Counted from the first letter of the stretch, positions 38,532-48,117 are shown. The stretch: 64,000 bases of DNA from Methanomassiliicoccales archaeon (GCA_026394395.1 JAPKYK010000001.1:223940-287939), one strand, 5' to 3'. The notes: generated from the letters alone by a model not told the origin. Made by a program: numbers and translations.

Positions 38532-39446
38532 TCACCCCTTCTGGTCCAGCAGCGCCTTCAGGTTGCGGGGGAAGATGGTGAGGTCCAGTCCCATCGGTTC
38601 CAGCCGGGCGGTCATCCTCTTGGCCTCTGGGCCACTGAAGTCGCCCTTCATTAGATAATCGGTCTCCTTTTCCGTCAGAACGTTGCAGTGGACCATCCAG
38701 TCCTTGACGCTCTCGTTGGCCGGGCATACTTTCTGGCATATCATGCAGCCCACCACAGCGTTGTGCATGCCCTCGGACACGTACGCGGGGAAGGGCATCT
38801 CCGTGGGCATCTCGTTGTGGTAGGTCAGGCACCTCTCCGCGTGCAATAGGAAACGGTCGTCGGATATAGCCTTGGTGGGGCAGGCTGCGGCGCAAGCGCC
38901 ACAGTCATCGCATCTCTTCATGGCCCGCACCTCCTGCCAATCGTCCGGAAGCTCCCTGTTCGTGAAAAAGCTGGTCAGGCGATAGAAGCTGCCGTATTTC
39001 GGGATGTAGGTGATGTTGTTCCGCCCGTACTGCACCAGTCCGGTCCGAGCCGCCAGCGTCTTGTGCGGCAATATGGCGCGCATGAGATGCACCCCGTTCC
39101 CGTCGCCCCTCTCGATGAGGTCGACGATCTCCATGTCCACTTCGACAGCATGGGCGTAGGTGGGCGGGACGATGGCCTTGACCTTCCGCCCCTTCCAGAC
39201 GAAGGTCACCTCGCAGGTGGGCTGTGGTACGGCCACCACGATCAGGCTCTTGGCCTTGGGGAAGGACTCAGGTATCTGATAACGGAAGCGGAACAGGTAG
39301 GTATCGTAGAGATATTTGTCCAGGGAACCGTCCTCGCGCCAGCGCTCCACGTCCCGCTTCACCTCGTCCAGGTGGGAGACGGACAGGGAGCTGACCAGGT
39401 ATCCCTTGTCCCGCAGGAGCTGCAAGATGTCCTTATGTTTGACCAT
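38532..39446 (-). CDS. QueG-like (epoxyqueuosine-reductase family) 4Fe-4S protein
   Basis: LPHKTLAARTGLVQYGRNNI ... CDDCGACAAACPTKAI ... ERCLTYHNE ... CMICQKVCP follows the QueG/RdhA-type layout. Confidence 0.7.
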   Translation of the reverse strand: MVKHKDILQLLRDKGYLVSSLSVSHLDEVKRDVERWREDGSLDKYLYDTYLFRFRYQIPESFPKAKSLIVVAVPQPTCEVTFVWKGRKVKAIVPPTYAHAVEVDMEIVDLIERGDGNGVHLMRAILPHKTLAARTGLVQYGRNNITYIPKYGSFYRLTSFFTNRELPDDWQEVRAMKRCDDCGACAAACPTKAISDDRFLLHAERCLTYHNEMPTEMPFPAYVSEGMHNAVVGCMICQKVCPANESVKDWMVHCNVLTEKETDYLMKGDFSGPEAKRMTARLEPMGLDLTIFPRNLKALLDQKG

Positions 39447-39556
39447 GGGTGCGTTTCGGCAAGAGCCATGGCTCCCGGGGGATTAATCTTTTGCCCGTTA
39501 ACGATTGGTTAGGCTAACAACATTTTAATTAGGGGGAGGAGGTAGGCCGCTCGACC

Positions 39557-40792
39557 ATGAAGGAAGTTCTCGAGCAGGCGCTGAAGGCGCAGGAGCGCGA
39601 CCTGTGCGACCATTGCCTGGGCCGCCCGTTCGCCCACGTGGGCACGGGGACCACGGACGAAAAGCGGGGAGCGGAGCTGCGCGCGCTGATAGACGAGGAC
39701 CGGGCCGGACGGGGGTTGGGACCGATGACGCACACCAGGTGCTCGGTCTGCGACGAGATCTTCGACCAGGTCCCCCGCTTCGCCGAGGCCATCGCCCTCA
39801 AGCTGCAGGAAGTGCAGTACGACAACTTCCTGGTGGGCACCCGGGTCGACCCGGTGGTGCAGGCGCGAGAGGAGGAGCTATGGTCCGTGGTGGGCCAGGA
39901 GCACGCCGAGCCCATCAAATCGGAGCTGAACCGGGAGATCGGCAAGGCGGTCTTCGCCATCACCTCCAAGGACGTCGATTTCAAAAACCCCCAGGTCGTG
40001 GCGCTGGTCGACACCCGCTTCGCCCACGTGGAGCTGGACGTCGCCCCCCTCTTCATCTACGGCCGCTATCGCAAACTGTCCAGGGAGATCCCCCAGACCA
40101 AGTGGCCCTGCCGGGTGTGCCAGGGGAAGGGCTGCCCCCGCTGCGGCAACACCGGCAAGATGTACCAGACCAGCGTGCAGGAGCAGATCGGGGACGTCAT
40201 TATTCCTTACGCTAAAGCTAAGGAGCACTTCTTCCACGGGATGGGGCGTGAGGATATAGACGCCGTCATGATAGGGAACGGGCGGCCGTTCGTCATCGAG
40301 ATAAGCTCTCCGGTGATACGCTCCCTGGACCTCGCCTCCCTGGAAAGGGAGATCAACGAGAAAGGCAAGGGACTGGTGGAGGTCGAAGGCCTCCGTCCAT
40401 CTTCGCGCGAAGAGGTCCGCAGGATCAAGGATGCCACACCGGAAAAGGAGTACCGCGTGCAGGTGTCCATTCACGGCAAAGTTAATAAGGGTAAAGTTGA
40501 TGAGGTTCTTCGCACGTTCAACAGAACCCGTATAGTCCAGCGGACGCCTGTTAGGGTGGCCCACCGGCGTGCGGACCTGAAGCGCGAACGGAGCATCGTC
40601 TATGTCGTCCTGGAGAATTTCCAGGAGGATAAGATGACGCTCCGCCTGCGCACCGAGTCCGGCACCTACGTTAAGGAGTTCGTACACGGGGACGATGGCA
40701 GGACGGAACCCAATCTCTCGGAGATGCTGGGGGTCCCCTGCACCGTGGACTCCCTGGACGTCATCGGGATCATCGACAGCAGCGAGGTATAG
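39557..40792 (+). CDS. pus10: tRNA pseudouridine(54/55) synthase Pus10
   Basis: Zinc motifs CDHCLGR...CSVCDE and CRVCQGKGCPRCGNTG. Catalytic GREDIDAVMIGNGRPFVIE. Confidence 0.85.
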   Translation: MKEVLEQALKAQERDLCDHCLGRPFAHVGTGTTDEKRGAELRALIDEDRAGRGLGPMTHTRCSVCDEIFDQVPRFAEAIALKLQEVQYDNFLVGTRVDPVVQAREEELWSVVGQEHAEPIKSELNREIGKAVFAITSKDVDFKNPQVVALVDTRFAHVELDVAPLFIYGRYRKLSREIPQTKWPCRVCQGKGCPRCGNTGKMYQTSVQEQIGDVIIPYAKAKEHFFHGMGREDIDAVMIGNGRPFVIEISSPVIRSLDLASLEREINEKGKGLVEVEGLRPSSREEVRRIKDATPEKEYRVQVSIHGKVNKGKVDEVLRTFNRTRIVQRTPVRVAHRRADLKRERSIVYVVLENFQEDKMTLRLRTESGTYVKEFVHGDDGRTEPNLSEMLGVPCTVDSLDVIGIIDSSEV

Positions 40793-40794
40793 AT

Positions 40795-41091
40795 ATGGTC
40801 AAAGCATCGCACGGATTGAGGCGGAGAGGCAGGAACGTTCTAAGGAGGACCCCCAGGTCTCGCGGGCTTTCCGCCATCACCCACGAGTTCGTTCAGTTCG
40901 AAGTAGGGGAGCAGGCCCACATCCACCTGGACCCCAGCATCATAAAGGGCGCTCCGCACCTGCGCTTCCACGGCAAGACCGGAACGGTCACCGCCGCCCA
41001 GGGGCGCGCCTATGTACTGTCCGTCAAGGACGGCAACAAGTACAAGACGGTCATATCCCGGCCTGAGCACATGCGCAAAGTGAAGAACTGA
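40795..41091 (+). CDS. rpl21e: 50S ribosomal protein L21e
   Basis: MVKASHGLRRRGRNVL ... FHGKTGTV is the typical L21e pattern; 98 aa. Confidence 0.9.
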   Translation: MVKASHGLRRRGRNVLRRTPRSRGLSAITHEFVQFEVGEQAHIHLDPSIIKGAPHLRFHGKTGTVTAAQGRAYVLSVKDGNKYKTVISRPEHMRKVKN

Positions 41092-41102
41092 CGGTGGTTA
41101 AA

Positions 41103-41435
41103 ATGACCGCTGATCGCTACGTCACCCTGGCCGAGGTCAAGGAGATGCTCGAGGTCGAGGCCAAGGACCGGGAGTTCACTCCCGAGCAGAAGCTGGCCCT
41201 GGAGCACGCCAAGGGAGCGAAGCTGAGCGCCGCGAAGGCCAAGGAGCTGAGGGCCAAGCTGTTGGAGCTTGACTTCATCGACGACATGAACACCTCCGAA
41301 ATAGTGGCAGTGAAGATAACCGACCTCGTGCCCACCCACTTCGACGATATACGCCTGATCTTCCAGAAGGAGAGGCGGGTCATCGACAAGAAGCAGGGGG
41401 AGCAGATTCTTAAACTGGTGAACGAGTATCTTTAG
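41103..41435 (+). CDS. rpoF: DNA-directed RNA polymerase subunit Rpo4/F
   Basis: About 110-aa helical protein (YVTLAEVKEML ... KITDLVPTHFDDIRLIF). Conserved position after L21e. The start is ATG 41103 or GTG 41094. The stop codon is TAG. Confidence 0.75.
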   Translation: MTADRYVTLAEVKEMLEVEAKDREFTPEQKLALEHAKGAKLSAAKAKELRAKLLELDFIDDMNTSEIVAVKITDLVPTHFDDIRLIFQKERRVIDKKQGEQILKLVNEYL

Positions 41436-41447
41436 GCTGGTGTCGAT

Positions 41448-41996
41448 TTGGAGGACTACGCTCATATTCTTGACTTCCTACCGCAGGGGATACCCTCGGA
41501 CCGCGGCTTCCGGAAGGAGCCAGTAGCGTACGCCCTAGGCAGCACCGAGTTCAAACTGTTCGAATTGGTCCCCAAGCCCGGGGTCATCATCAACCTGGGC
41601 GAGACCGTTTACATCGGCAAGGAGATGGAGCAGCGGGACAAGGTCCTGCATGTGAAGAGACGTGTCGCTTTCGAGGAGCTCACCGCCGGGGCGCAGTGCG
41701 AGCTTCCGTACGTCATACTGGAGATCGTGAAGGAGAACGAGCCCAAGTTCACGCAGTTCTTCAACGAGGCCCAGTCCATCACCACCCGCCACCACATGCT
41801 GGAACTGCTGCCCGGCCTGGGCAAGAAGACCATGTGGGCCATAATCGACGAGAGGAAGAAGGGGCCGTTCAAGTCCTTCGAGGACATCGCCACCAGGATA
41901 CCCACCTTCAAGCACCCGGAGAAGGTGGTCTCCAAGCGCATCGAGTCCGAACTGGCGGACCCTACACAAAAATACCGCATATTCGTTTCTAGGTGA
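41448..41996 (+). CDS. DUF655-family putative nucleic-acid-binding protein
   Basis: N-terminus (M)EDYAHILDFLPQG read from a TTG start, and a C-terminal HhH-like segment. Conserved L21e-RpoF-DUF655-KsgA order. Confidence 0.75.
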   Translation: MEDYAHILDFLPQGIPSDRGFRKEPVAYALGSTEFKLFELVPKPGVIINLGETVYIGKEMEQRDKVLHVKRRVAFEELTAGAQCELPYVILEIVKENEPKFTQFFNEAQSITTRHHMLELLPGLGKKTMWAIIDERKKGPFKSFEDIATRIPTFKHPEKVVSKRIESELADPTQKYRIFVSR

Positions 41997-41997
41997 G

Positions 41998-42807
41998 ATG
42001 ATAAGCGTAGGGGAGCTGCGCTCCCTCCTTGAGCGGTACGGCGTGCGTCCTTCCAAGTCCAAAGGGCAGAACTACCTGGTGGACCGCCGCGTGGCCGAAC
42101 GGGAGGTCGACTATCTCAACATCTCCCCGGACGACCGGGTCCTGGAGGTCGGCCCGGGCTTCGGCATATTGACAGAAGCGCTGCTCAAGCGCACCTCCAA
42201 CGTCACCGCCGTGGAGCTGGAGGAGGGGGCGGTCAGGTACCTCAAGGACGCTTACCCGCAGGTGAACGTGATCCAGGGCGACTTCCTGGAGACGGAGGTC
42301 CCGGAGTTCGACCTGTTCATATCCAACGTCCCCTACAGCATCTCCTCGCCCCTGCTCTTCCATCTTCTGGACCTGAGGTTCAAGCGGGCGGTGATCATAG
42401 TGCAGCGGGAATTCGCCGAGCGCATGGCCGCGCCGGCCGGGGACACCGAGTATTCGCGGCTGTCGGTGAACGTCTACTACCGGGCGGAGTGCAAGCTGCT
42501 CGAGAACGTCCCCCGGTCTCGCTTCTGGCCTGAGCCGGAGGTCGATTCCACGGTGGTCCTGCTGAGGCCCAGGCCCGCCCCCTTTGCCTTGAAGGACGAG
42601 AAGCACTACCTGAAGCTGATCGATGTCCTCTTCCAGCAGCGGCGCAAGAAGATCGGCACCATCCTTAAGATGAAGCACATGCTCCCGGAGGGCGGACGGG
42701 AGACGCTTCCGTACCTGGACGAGAGGGTGGAGCGGCTGACCCCGGAGCAGATAGCCGAGCTCTCGGACCTGTTGCTCGACATGGGAACAACTTCATGCTC
42801 ACATTGA
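41998..42807 (+). CDS. rsmA: 16S rRNA (adenine-N6,N6)-dimethyltransferase KsgA/Dim1
   Basis: SKGQNYLVD, VLEVGPGFGILTE and SNVPYSISSP. Confidence 0.9.
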   Translation: MISVGELRSLLERYGVRPSKSKGQNYLVDRRVAEREVDYLNISPDDRVLEVGPGFGILTEALLKRTSNVTAVELEEGAVRYLKDAYPQVNVIQGDFLETEVPEFDLFISNVPYSISSPLLFHLLDLRFKRAVIIVQREFAERMAAPAGDTEYSRLSVNVYYRAECKLLENVPRSRFWPEPEVDSTVVLLRPRPAPFALKDEKHYLKLIDVLFQQRRKKIGTILKMKHMLPEGGRETLPYLDERVERLTPEQIAELSDLLLDMGTTSCSH

Positions 42808-42844
42808 TTACACGGTCAACCAATCGATAATACGGGTGTTTACA

Positions 42845-43621
42845 ATGGTCATCAGCAAGACCGGTATGCCCATAGCGACCCTGGGCGAAACGTTGAAGAA
42901 GGCGGGTCATCTGGAACTAAAGCCCCTGTGCGTGTTCGAGAGCAAGGAGGTCCTGGCAGGTAGCAAACCATTTGGCGAGGTGGACAGATGCTTGGCCAAA
43001 GCCGTTTTCATGTGCGCCAAAGGAGAGGAGCACCTCCTGCATATCGGTGCCGACGCCCGGTCCGGTGTATGTCCTGGTGGACAGACCTGGACTGGCCTGA
43101 CGGAGATGGCCGAAGGACTGAAATTCTTCATATCGACAGGTACCGCGACCTTCAGGCACGGAGAGGCCGAATACTTGAAGCGAGACCCGGAGCTGGTCAT
43201 GCGCAGCAAGGTCTTCGTGGGCAAGGTACGACCCCCAGATCGCTACCTGTGCATCATGCCCAGTCAGGACTTCCGCGAAGGAGAGGGGGTCCCTCGGGCC
43301 ATCCTCTTGTTCGCCGGAGCGGAACAGTTGAGGAACATTCTGGCATTACACCACTTCGGCACTGCGGACGCCTTCACATCCACATCTGCGCCCTGGGGCC
43401 CCAGCTGCGCCTCCTTCCTCAGCTACCCCGCTGGGTTGGCCTCCAACTGCCCCGACCAGACCCTCATAATCGGTCCGGTGGATCCTACCGGCAACAAATG
43501 GATGCCCCCGGGCCTGATGTCCCTGGGGCTCCGTATCAGAGACGCGGAGCGCCTGGTAAGAGACCTGCCATCATCCTTCCTAAGCAAGCGTTCGCAGGTG
43601 GCCTTCCCGGAAGGGAGATGA
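42845..43621 (+). CDS. DUF169-family protein
   Basis: About 260 aa with family-typical features (C..GG..W.GL; AP.GPSCASF). Recognition by eye only. Confidence 0.6.
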   Translation: MVISKTGMPIATLGETLKKAGHLELKPLCVFESKEVLAGSKPFGEVDRCLAKAVFMCAKGEEHLLHIGADARSGVCPGGQTWTGLTEMAEGLKFFISTGTATFRHGEAEYLKRDPELVMRSKVFVGKVRPPDRYLCIMPSQDFREGEGVPRAILLFAGAEQLRNILALHHFGTADAFTSTSAPWGPSCASFLSYPAGLASNCPDQTLIIGPVDPTGNKWMPPGLMSLGLRIRDAERLVRDLPSSFLSKRSQVAFPEGR

Positions 43622-43629
43622 ACCTGGTG

Positions 43630-43674
43630 CCTGAGGCGCAGAAGTGACGAGCCGGTCTCAGGCAATCATTTTTT
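43630..43674 (+). terminator. Hairpin plus oligo-T after the DUF169 gene
   Basis: CCTGAG (43630-43635) pairs with CTCAGG (43657-43662). A T6 run follows at 43669-43674. Confidence 0.35.
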
Positions 43675-43707
43675 ACCCAGGCCACCTTATGGATAGCAGG
43701 AGAGAAA

Positions 43708-44898
43708 ATGCTCATCGGTATTGTCGGGAAACCCAACGTGGGCAAGTCCACGTTCTTTTCGGCGGCCACCATGGCCACAGTGGAGATCGCCAATTACCCC
43801 TTCACCACCATCAAGCCCAACAAGGGCATGGGCTTCGTGCGCGCCAAGTGCCCGCATCTGGACTTCAACGTCAAGTGCCAGCCTCGAAATTCTGCCTGCG
43901 AGAACGGGGTGCGCCTGGTGCCCGTCGAGCTTCTCGACGTGGCCGGGCTGGTCCCCGACGCCTGTCAAGGCAAAGGCCTGGGGAACCAGTTCCTCGACGA
44001 TCTAAGACAGGCGGACGCCTTCATCCACGTCATTGACGCCAGCGGCTCCACCGACTGTGAGGGAAACTCCGTCCCGCACGGCAGCCACGACCCGGTGGAG
44101 GACCTGATCTTCCTGGAACGGGAGATAGTCCAGTGGATGAAGGGCATCATGATGAAGGGCTTTGACAAGATCGCCCGGGGAGCCCATCTAGAAGGCGATA
44201 AGATCGAGGAGGTCATCCACGAGCGCCTCACCGGCCTGGGGGTCACCGAGGCGCAGGTGTCGGCGGCCCTGCGCGCCTCCGACATGCCGGCCAAGATCAT
44301 CGACTGGAAGGACGAGGACATGTTCCGCCTGGCGCAGCACATCCGCCGCCAGAGCAAGCCCATGCTCATCGCCCTGAACAAGGCTGATGTGGCCGACCCC
44401 GCCCTGATAAAGAGGCTGAGCGAACTGGAAGGCTTCATGACCATTCCCACCTGCGCGGAGACCGAGCTGGCGTTGCGTAGGGCGACCAAGGCCGGCCTCA
44501 TCAGCTACACTCCCGGGGACGAGAAGTTCAAGGTCAACGACCCCGGCAAACTGAACGCCAATCAGAAGAAAGCATTGGACTACATGGCCCAGGTCATGCA
44601 GAGGTACGGCGGCACCGGGGTGCAGAAATGCCTGGAGATGGTGGCCTACCAGATGCTGGAACAGATCGTGGTCTACCCGGTGGAGGACGAGACCCACCTG
44701 ACCGACCACGACGGCCGCGTGCTGCCGGACGCCTTCATGCTGAAGAACGGCAGCAACGCCAGGGACCTGGCCTACAAGGTCCACAGCGACCTGGGGGACA
44801 ATTTCATAAGGGCCATCAACGCCCGCACCCACCGGGTGGTGGGGCACGACCACCTGCTGGAGAACGGGGACGTGATGACCATAGTGGCCAGGAGATGA
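43708..44898 (+). CDS. Obg/YchF-DRG-related GTPase with C-terminal TGS domain
   Basis: G1 GKPNVGKST, G3 DVAGLV, G4 NKAD, and a TGS-like C-terminus (GHDHLLENGDVMTIV). Confidence 0.85.
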   Translation: MLIGIVGKPNVGKSTFFSAATMATVEIANYPFTTIKPNKGMGFVRAKCPHLDFNVKCQPRNSACENGVRLVPVELLDVAGLVPDACQGKGLGNQFLDDLRQADAFIHVIDASGSTDCEGNSVPHGSHDPVEDLIFLEREIVQWMKGIMMKGFDKIARGAHLEGDKIEEVIHERLTGLGVTEAQVSAALRASDMPAKIIDWKDEDMFRLAQHIRRQSKPMLIALNKADVADPALIKRLSELEGFMTIPTCAETELALRRATKAGLISYTPGDEKFKVNDPGKLNANQKKALDYMAQVMQRYGGTGVQKCLEMVAYQMLEQIVVYPVEDETHLTDHDGRVLPDAFMLKNGSNARDLAYKVHSDLGDNFIRAINARTHRVVGHDHLLENGDVMTIVARR

Positions 44899-44901
44899 GG
44901 C

Positions 44902-47334
44902 ATGGGCGAATGGGACGTCCGGCTGCTCACCGCTTCCTACTCGAAGACGGACAACGACAACATCGTCGTCGAGCTGTACGGAAAGACGCGTGACGGGCGC
45001 TCCATCACCATGCGCCGCACCGGCTTCCGCCCCTACTTCCACGTGGCCGCGCCGCCGGAGGACGTGCTGCCCTACGTGCAGGGCAAGGACGACTTCCTGG
45101 CCATAGACCCCGTGGAGCTGTTCCTGATCAACAAGGGCCGGACGCAGACCTGCTCCAAAGTGGTTATCAAGTTCCCCTGGGTGGTGCCGCAGTACCGCTC
45201 CGAGCTAAAGAGGCAGGGCTTCGAGGTCTACGCCGCGGACATACCGTTCCACCACCGCTTCATCTACGACAACGATCTGCCGGCCTGCTTCACCGCCAAA
45301 GGCGAGGAGATCAAGGGCGATTACACCACGGACCTGGCCATCAACCTGCGAGGCTTCACCGAGATACCCCCCTTCACGCCGAAGCTGAAGGTGCTCAGCT
45401 TCGACATAGAGAACTCCATCACCGACCAGATGATCTACACCATCTGCTACGTCATCAAGGATGAGGGCGGGGTACGTAGCGGGGAACCGGTCACGGGGAC
45501 GGAGAAAGAGATCATCGAACGCTTCACCGAGGTCATCCAGATGGAGGACCCGGACATCATCACCGGCTACAACATCGACGGGTATGACATACCGTTCATA
45601 ATGGGGCGGGCCAAGAAGCTGGGGATAGAAGAGCTCAAGTGGGGCCGGGACCACTCCACCCCGCGCCGGGTGATGAACCGCTTCTGGCGCTGCACCGGCC
45701 GGCTCATCACCGACGCTTGGTGGGCGGTGAAGATCGAGATAAAGCCCAAGCAGGAGACGCTCAACGCCGTGTCCAAGCTCCTCCTGGGCGAAGAGAAGCT
45801 AGACGTGGACATGAAGATGAAGGTGGGCGAGGACTACGATCCCCGGGCCATCGACAAGGAATGGACCAACAATCGAGACAAGGTGCTGGCGTACTGCACG
45901 AGGGATGCCGAGCTGGCGCTCAAGATCCTAGGAAAGGTCGGCCGCATACGGAAAGGCATGGATTTGGCCGCCGTTTCGCGCATGCCGGTGGACGACGTGC
46001 TGAACAGTGGCTCCTCCCAGCTCATCGACTCCATAATGATACGCGCGGCCGACCGCCACGTCCCGCAGGTGGCCGTGCCGTTGACAAGCAACTTCGATGA
46101 CGACGAGGAGGCCATCGAGGGCGGGTACGTGCACGAGATATCTCCCGGAGTATACCACTGGGTGTGCGTCCTGGACTTCAAGTCCATGTACCCCAGCCTG
46201 ATCATCTCCCGCAACATCTGCTTCACCACCCGCGACGACAAGGGGGAGATAGTCTCCCCGTTGGGCGTGCACTTCCTGAGCAAGGAGCAAAGGCCGGGCA
46301 TCCTGCCGTCGATACTGGCCGACCTGATGCACCGGCGCGACGAGACCAAGGCCCTGGCCAAAAAGGCCAAGGACCCCGAGGAGGCGCACTATTACGACGG
46401 TCTCCAAGCGGCCATCAAGATCCTCATGAACTCCTTCTACGGGGTGTTCGCCTCCTCCTTCTACCGCTTCACCGACCGCAGCATCGGCGGCAGCATCACC
46501 GCCTTCGCCAGGGAGACGACAAAAGGCATCATCAGTTCCCTGGAGGGAGAGGGGACCAAGGTCATCTACTCCGACACCGACTCGGTTTTCGTGCAGTCAC
46601 CGCACGACAACATAGAAGGTTCCCTGGCCTTCGGCAAGGAGCTGGCGACGCGTTTCTCCAAGGAGGGCGGCTCCCTGGAGTTCGAGAAGATCATGGAGCC
46701 GCTCTTCTCCCACGGCAAGAAGAAGAGGTACGTCGGGCGCATGGTCTGGCCCAAGGAGGAGCTGGTCATACGCGGCTACGAGGTGCGCCGCACCGACGCC
46801 TTCGACCTGCAGTCCGAATCCCTGATGGCCATGTTCGAGTTCATCATGGACGGGAAGACCGAGGAGGCGGTGAAGTCCGCACGGAACTACGTGCAGGACA
46901 CCCTGGCCGGGAAGGTGCCGTTGGAGAAGCTCATCATCTCCAAGGGCTGCCGGGCTTTCAAGGACTACACCAACCCGGAGGCCCAGGCCACCGTCCAAAC
47001 GGCCAAGAAGCTCATTGAGATGGGGTACGAATTTGTCCCAGGCATGAAGGTCTCCTGGGTGGTCACCAACTCCCGCAGGAAGCCGCAGGAAGTACAACCG
47101 TACATCTCCGGCCAGGAGTTCACCTATACCCCCGACTACCGCTACTATGCGGAGCGCTTGGCGCAGACGCTGTCGCGCGCGACGGAGGTCTTCGGTTGGG
47201 GAGACAAGGACCTCATGAGCGGCAACCAGCAGGCCAACCTCTTCGACTACGATCCGGAGGAGAAGAAACCGGTCATAAGGCTGGAGCAGGTCAAGAAGAC
47301 GGACAAGAAATTGTCGCTGGACGACTTCATGTGA
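44902..47334 (+). CDS. polB: Family B DNA polymerase
   Basis: ExoI FDIEN, motif A DFKSMYPSLII, KILMNSFYG, motif C YSDTDSVFV and KKRY. 810 aa with no intein-sized insertion. Confidence 0.9.
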   Translation: MGEWDVRLLTASYSKTDNDNIVVELYGKTRDGRSITMRRTGFRPYFHVAAPPEDVLPYVQGKDDFLAIDPVELFLINKGRTQTCSKVVIKFPWVVPQYRSELKRQGFEVYAADIPFHHRFIYDNDLPACFTAKGEEIKGDYTTDLAINLRGFTEIPPFTPKLKVLSFDIENSITDQMIYTICYVIKDEGGVRSGEPVTGTEKEIIERFTEVIQMEDPDIITGYNIDGYDIPFIMGRAKKLGIEELKWGRDHSTPRRVMNRFWRCTGRLITDAWWAVKIEIKPKQETLNAVSKLLLGEEKLDVDMKMKVGEDYDPRAIDKEWTNNRDKVLAYCTRDAELALKILGKVGRIRKGMDLAAVSRMPVDDVLNSGSSQLIDSIMIRAADRHVPQVAVPLTSNFDDDEEAIEGGYVHEISPGVYHWVCVLDFKSMYPSLIISRNICFTTRDDKGEIVSPLGVHFLSKEQRPGILPSILADLMHRRDETKALAKKAKDPEEAHYYDGLQAAIKILMNSFYGVFASSFYRFTDRSIGGSITAFARETTKGIISSLEGEGTKVIYSDTDSVFVQSPHDNIEGSLAFGKELATRFSKEGGSLEFEKIMEPLFSHGKKKRYVGRMVWPKEELVIRGYEVRRTDAFDLQSESLMAMFEFIMDGKTEEAVKSARNYVQDTLAGKVPLEKLIISKGCRAFKDYTNPEAQATVQTAKKLIEMGYEFVPGMKVSWVVTNSRRKPQEVQPYISGQEFTYTPDYRYYAERLAQTLSRATEVFGWGDKDLMSGNQQANLFDYDPEEKKPVIRLEQVKKTDKKLSLDDFM

Positions 47335-47352
47335 GAGGCTCCGTGCGCATCG

Positions 47353-47360
47353 TTTAAATA
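47353..47360 (+). promoter_or_regulatory. TATA-box-like element upstream of the L15e leader
   Basis: TTTAAATA lies about 27 nt upstream of the first leader hairpin. Confidence 0.35.
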
Positions 47361-47386
47361 GAGCTACATTATTTGAGGCCGCTGTA

Positions 47387-47452
47387 GCGAGATGCGTCTC
47401 GCCGGAGTTGTACCCCGAAAGGGGCGAATCCCGAAGCGCCACCCTTGGTGGC
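47387..47452 (+). promoter_or_regulatory. Three-hairpin structured 5' leader (or small RNA) upstream of rpl15e
   Basis: Hairpin 1 is GCGAGA-UGCG-UCUCGC (47387-47402). Hairpin 2 is CCCC-GAAA-GGGG (47413-47424). Hairpin 3 is GCCACC-CUU-GGUGGC (47438-47452). A GGTGA Shine-Dalgarno-like element follows at 47456-47460. Confidence 0.35.
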
Positions 47453-47465
47453 ACTGGTGATACAA

Positions 47466-48104
47466 ATGGTTGACAAGAAGGTTGACGATAACGAGGAAGA
47501 ACCGAGGCCCGTGAACGGTAAGAGCTTTTACTCTTACATCTCCAAGGCCTGGGACCGACCCGAGGCTTCTTACGTAAAGGCTCTTCAATGGGAACGTTAC
47601 ATCTCCTGGAGGCGGGAGAAGAACTTCAGCCGCATCGAGAGGCCGACCCGCCTAGACCGCGCCCGCGCCCTTGGCTACAAGGCCAAGCAGGGCATCATCA
47701 TGGTCCGTGGCCGCGTCCGCAAGGGCGGGCTGCAGAAGCGCAAGATCTGGAAGGGACGCCGGTCCAAGCGCGAGGGTATGAAGAAGATCACCATGGGCAA
47801 GAGCATCAAGAGGATCGCCGAGGAGAGGGCGGCCAAGCACTTCCCCAACATGGAGGTCCTCAACTCCTACTGGGTCGGCGAGGATGGCAAGAACGTGTGG
47901 TTCGAGATCATCCTGGTCGACAAGCACCACCCCTCGGTCATGGCCGACAAGAACCTGAACTGGCTGTGCGACAACGCCAACAAGGGCAGGGTCTACCGCG
48001 GTAAGACCTCCGCCGGCCGCAAGGGCCGCGGACTGCACTGGAAGGGCAAGGGTGCCGAGAAGGCCCGCCCCTCGGTGCGCGCCCACGACCACGGCATAAA
48101 GTAG
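47466..48104 (+). CDS. rpl15e: 50S ribosomal protein L15e
   Basis: [14 protein letters not shown] ... [18 protein letters not shown] ... family signature. ATG 47466 sits behind the GGTGA. About 20 acidic extra residues at the N-terminus. The stop codon is TAG. Confidence 0.9.
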   Translation: MVDKKVDDNEEEPRPVNGKSFYSYISKAWDRPEASYVKALQWERYISWRREKNFSRIERPTRLDRARALGYKAKQGIIMVRGRVRKGGLQKRKIWKGRRSKREGMKKITMGKSIKRIAEERAAKHFPNMEVLNSYWVGEDGKNVWFEIILVDKHHPSVMADKNLNWLCDNANKGRVYRGKTSAGRKGRGLHWKGKGAEKARPSVRAHDHGIK

Positions 48105-48117
48105 GCCTCTGGCCTAC
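48101..48117. terminator. Perfect inverted repeat between convergent rpl15e and the thiI-like gene
   Basis: GTAGGCC-TCT-GGCCTAC. Both TAG stop codons lie inside the stem arms. Confidence 0.3.

Noticed and set aside
44902-47334. Possible intein or inactivated variant in the family B polymerase.
   Set aside because: At 810 aa the protein has contiguous exonuclease and polymerase motifs, including an intact YSDTDS. There is no insertion of intein size.
47445-47465. GTG 47445 as the rpl15e start codon.
   Set aside because: It lies inside the third leader hairpin and upstream of the GGTGA ribosome-binding site. ATG 47466 is correctly spaced from that site.
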